From Phoronis australis (taxonomy: Eukaryota; Animalia; Phoronida), in contig NMRA01000093.1 in NCBI GenBank assembly GCA_002633005.1, positions 634,102 through 698,101 on the forward strand: DNA of 64,000 nucleotides. Reading direction: 5' to 3'. The notes beneath the pieces are model-generated. The model was not told the origin of the DNA and did no database searches. It saw only the letters and a program-made list of their open reading frames with translations. Made by a program: the position numbers and the translations under genes. Numbering within the stretch: position 1 is the stretch's first letter; the number at the start of each line of letters is the position of its first letter. Below, one piece after another: positions 63,791 through 64,000 of the stretch.

Positions 63791-64000
63791 GTGGTTTAGC
63801 TTGGTACGTGCCAGCAGAAGAACCGAAGATCTGGAAACAGCCCCTGAAGCAAAGACAATACAATGCACTAGCCACCGAGCCTTGGTATTCCTCCACCAGA
63901 AGGGGTAGACCAGTAGGGAGTGCCAGTGATACTGTGGTACCTGCTGACGATGGGCCTATGATCCTGCTTAGCAAGAGTGGCTCCAATGCAGCTTTGAAAA
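63791..64000 (+). CDS. ALMS1: ALMS1-like exon, truncated by window end
   Basis: tattccccag|GT GGT TTA GCT TGG...; spliced product KSKENKPP...GPGGLAWYVPAEEPKIWKQPLKQ resembles ALMS1 SKKENVP...GPGISWFEPITKTRPWREPLRE (from memory). Open to 64000; the C-terminal ALMS motif is expected downstream. Confidence 0.88.

Overview
AT-rich, intron-rich eukaryotic DNA from a draft assembly with four N breaks; repeat content and gene style suggest a marine invertebrate (inference only). Two genes sit head-to-head, with predicted start codons about 265 bp apart. (1) Minus strand: the first three coding exons (C2A domain) of a myoferlin/dysferlin-type ferlin at 43822-43732, 26753-26698 and 10889-10798, separated by 16-17 kb introns; the gene runs off the left edge. 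(2) Plus strand: an ALMS1 (Alstrom syndrome, centrosome/basal body) orthologue with 14 exons, including one of 4.66 kb, running off the right edge. All its junctions are phase-compatible except one, where an exon is apparently lost at a single-N join (57486). The introns carry many transposon relics: a nested Mutator-like MITE with a perfect 9-bp TSD, a TA-flanked TIR element carrying a decayed HIRAN gene, Helentron/DINE-like elements with co-oriented CTCF-like motifs, a THAP relic, several MITEs and minisatellites, and two gap-flanking duplications that are probably uncollapsed alleles. Human reference motifs quoted are from memory and need confirmation by alignment.
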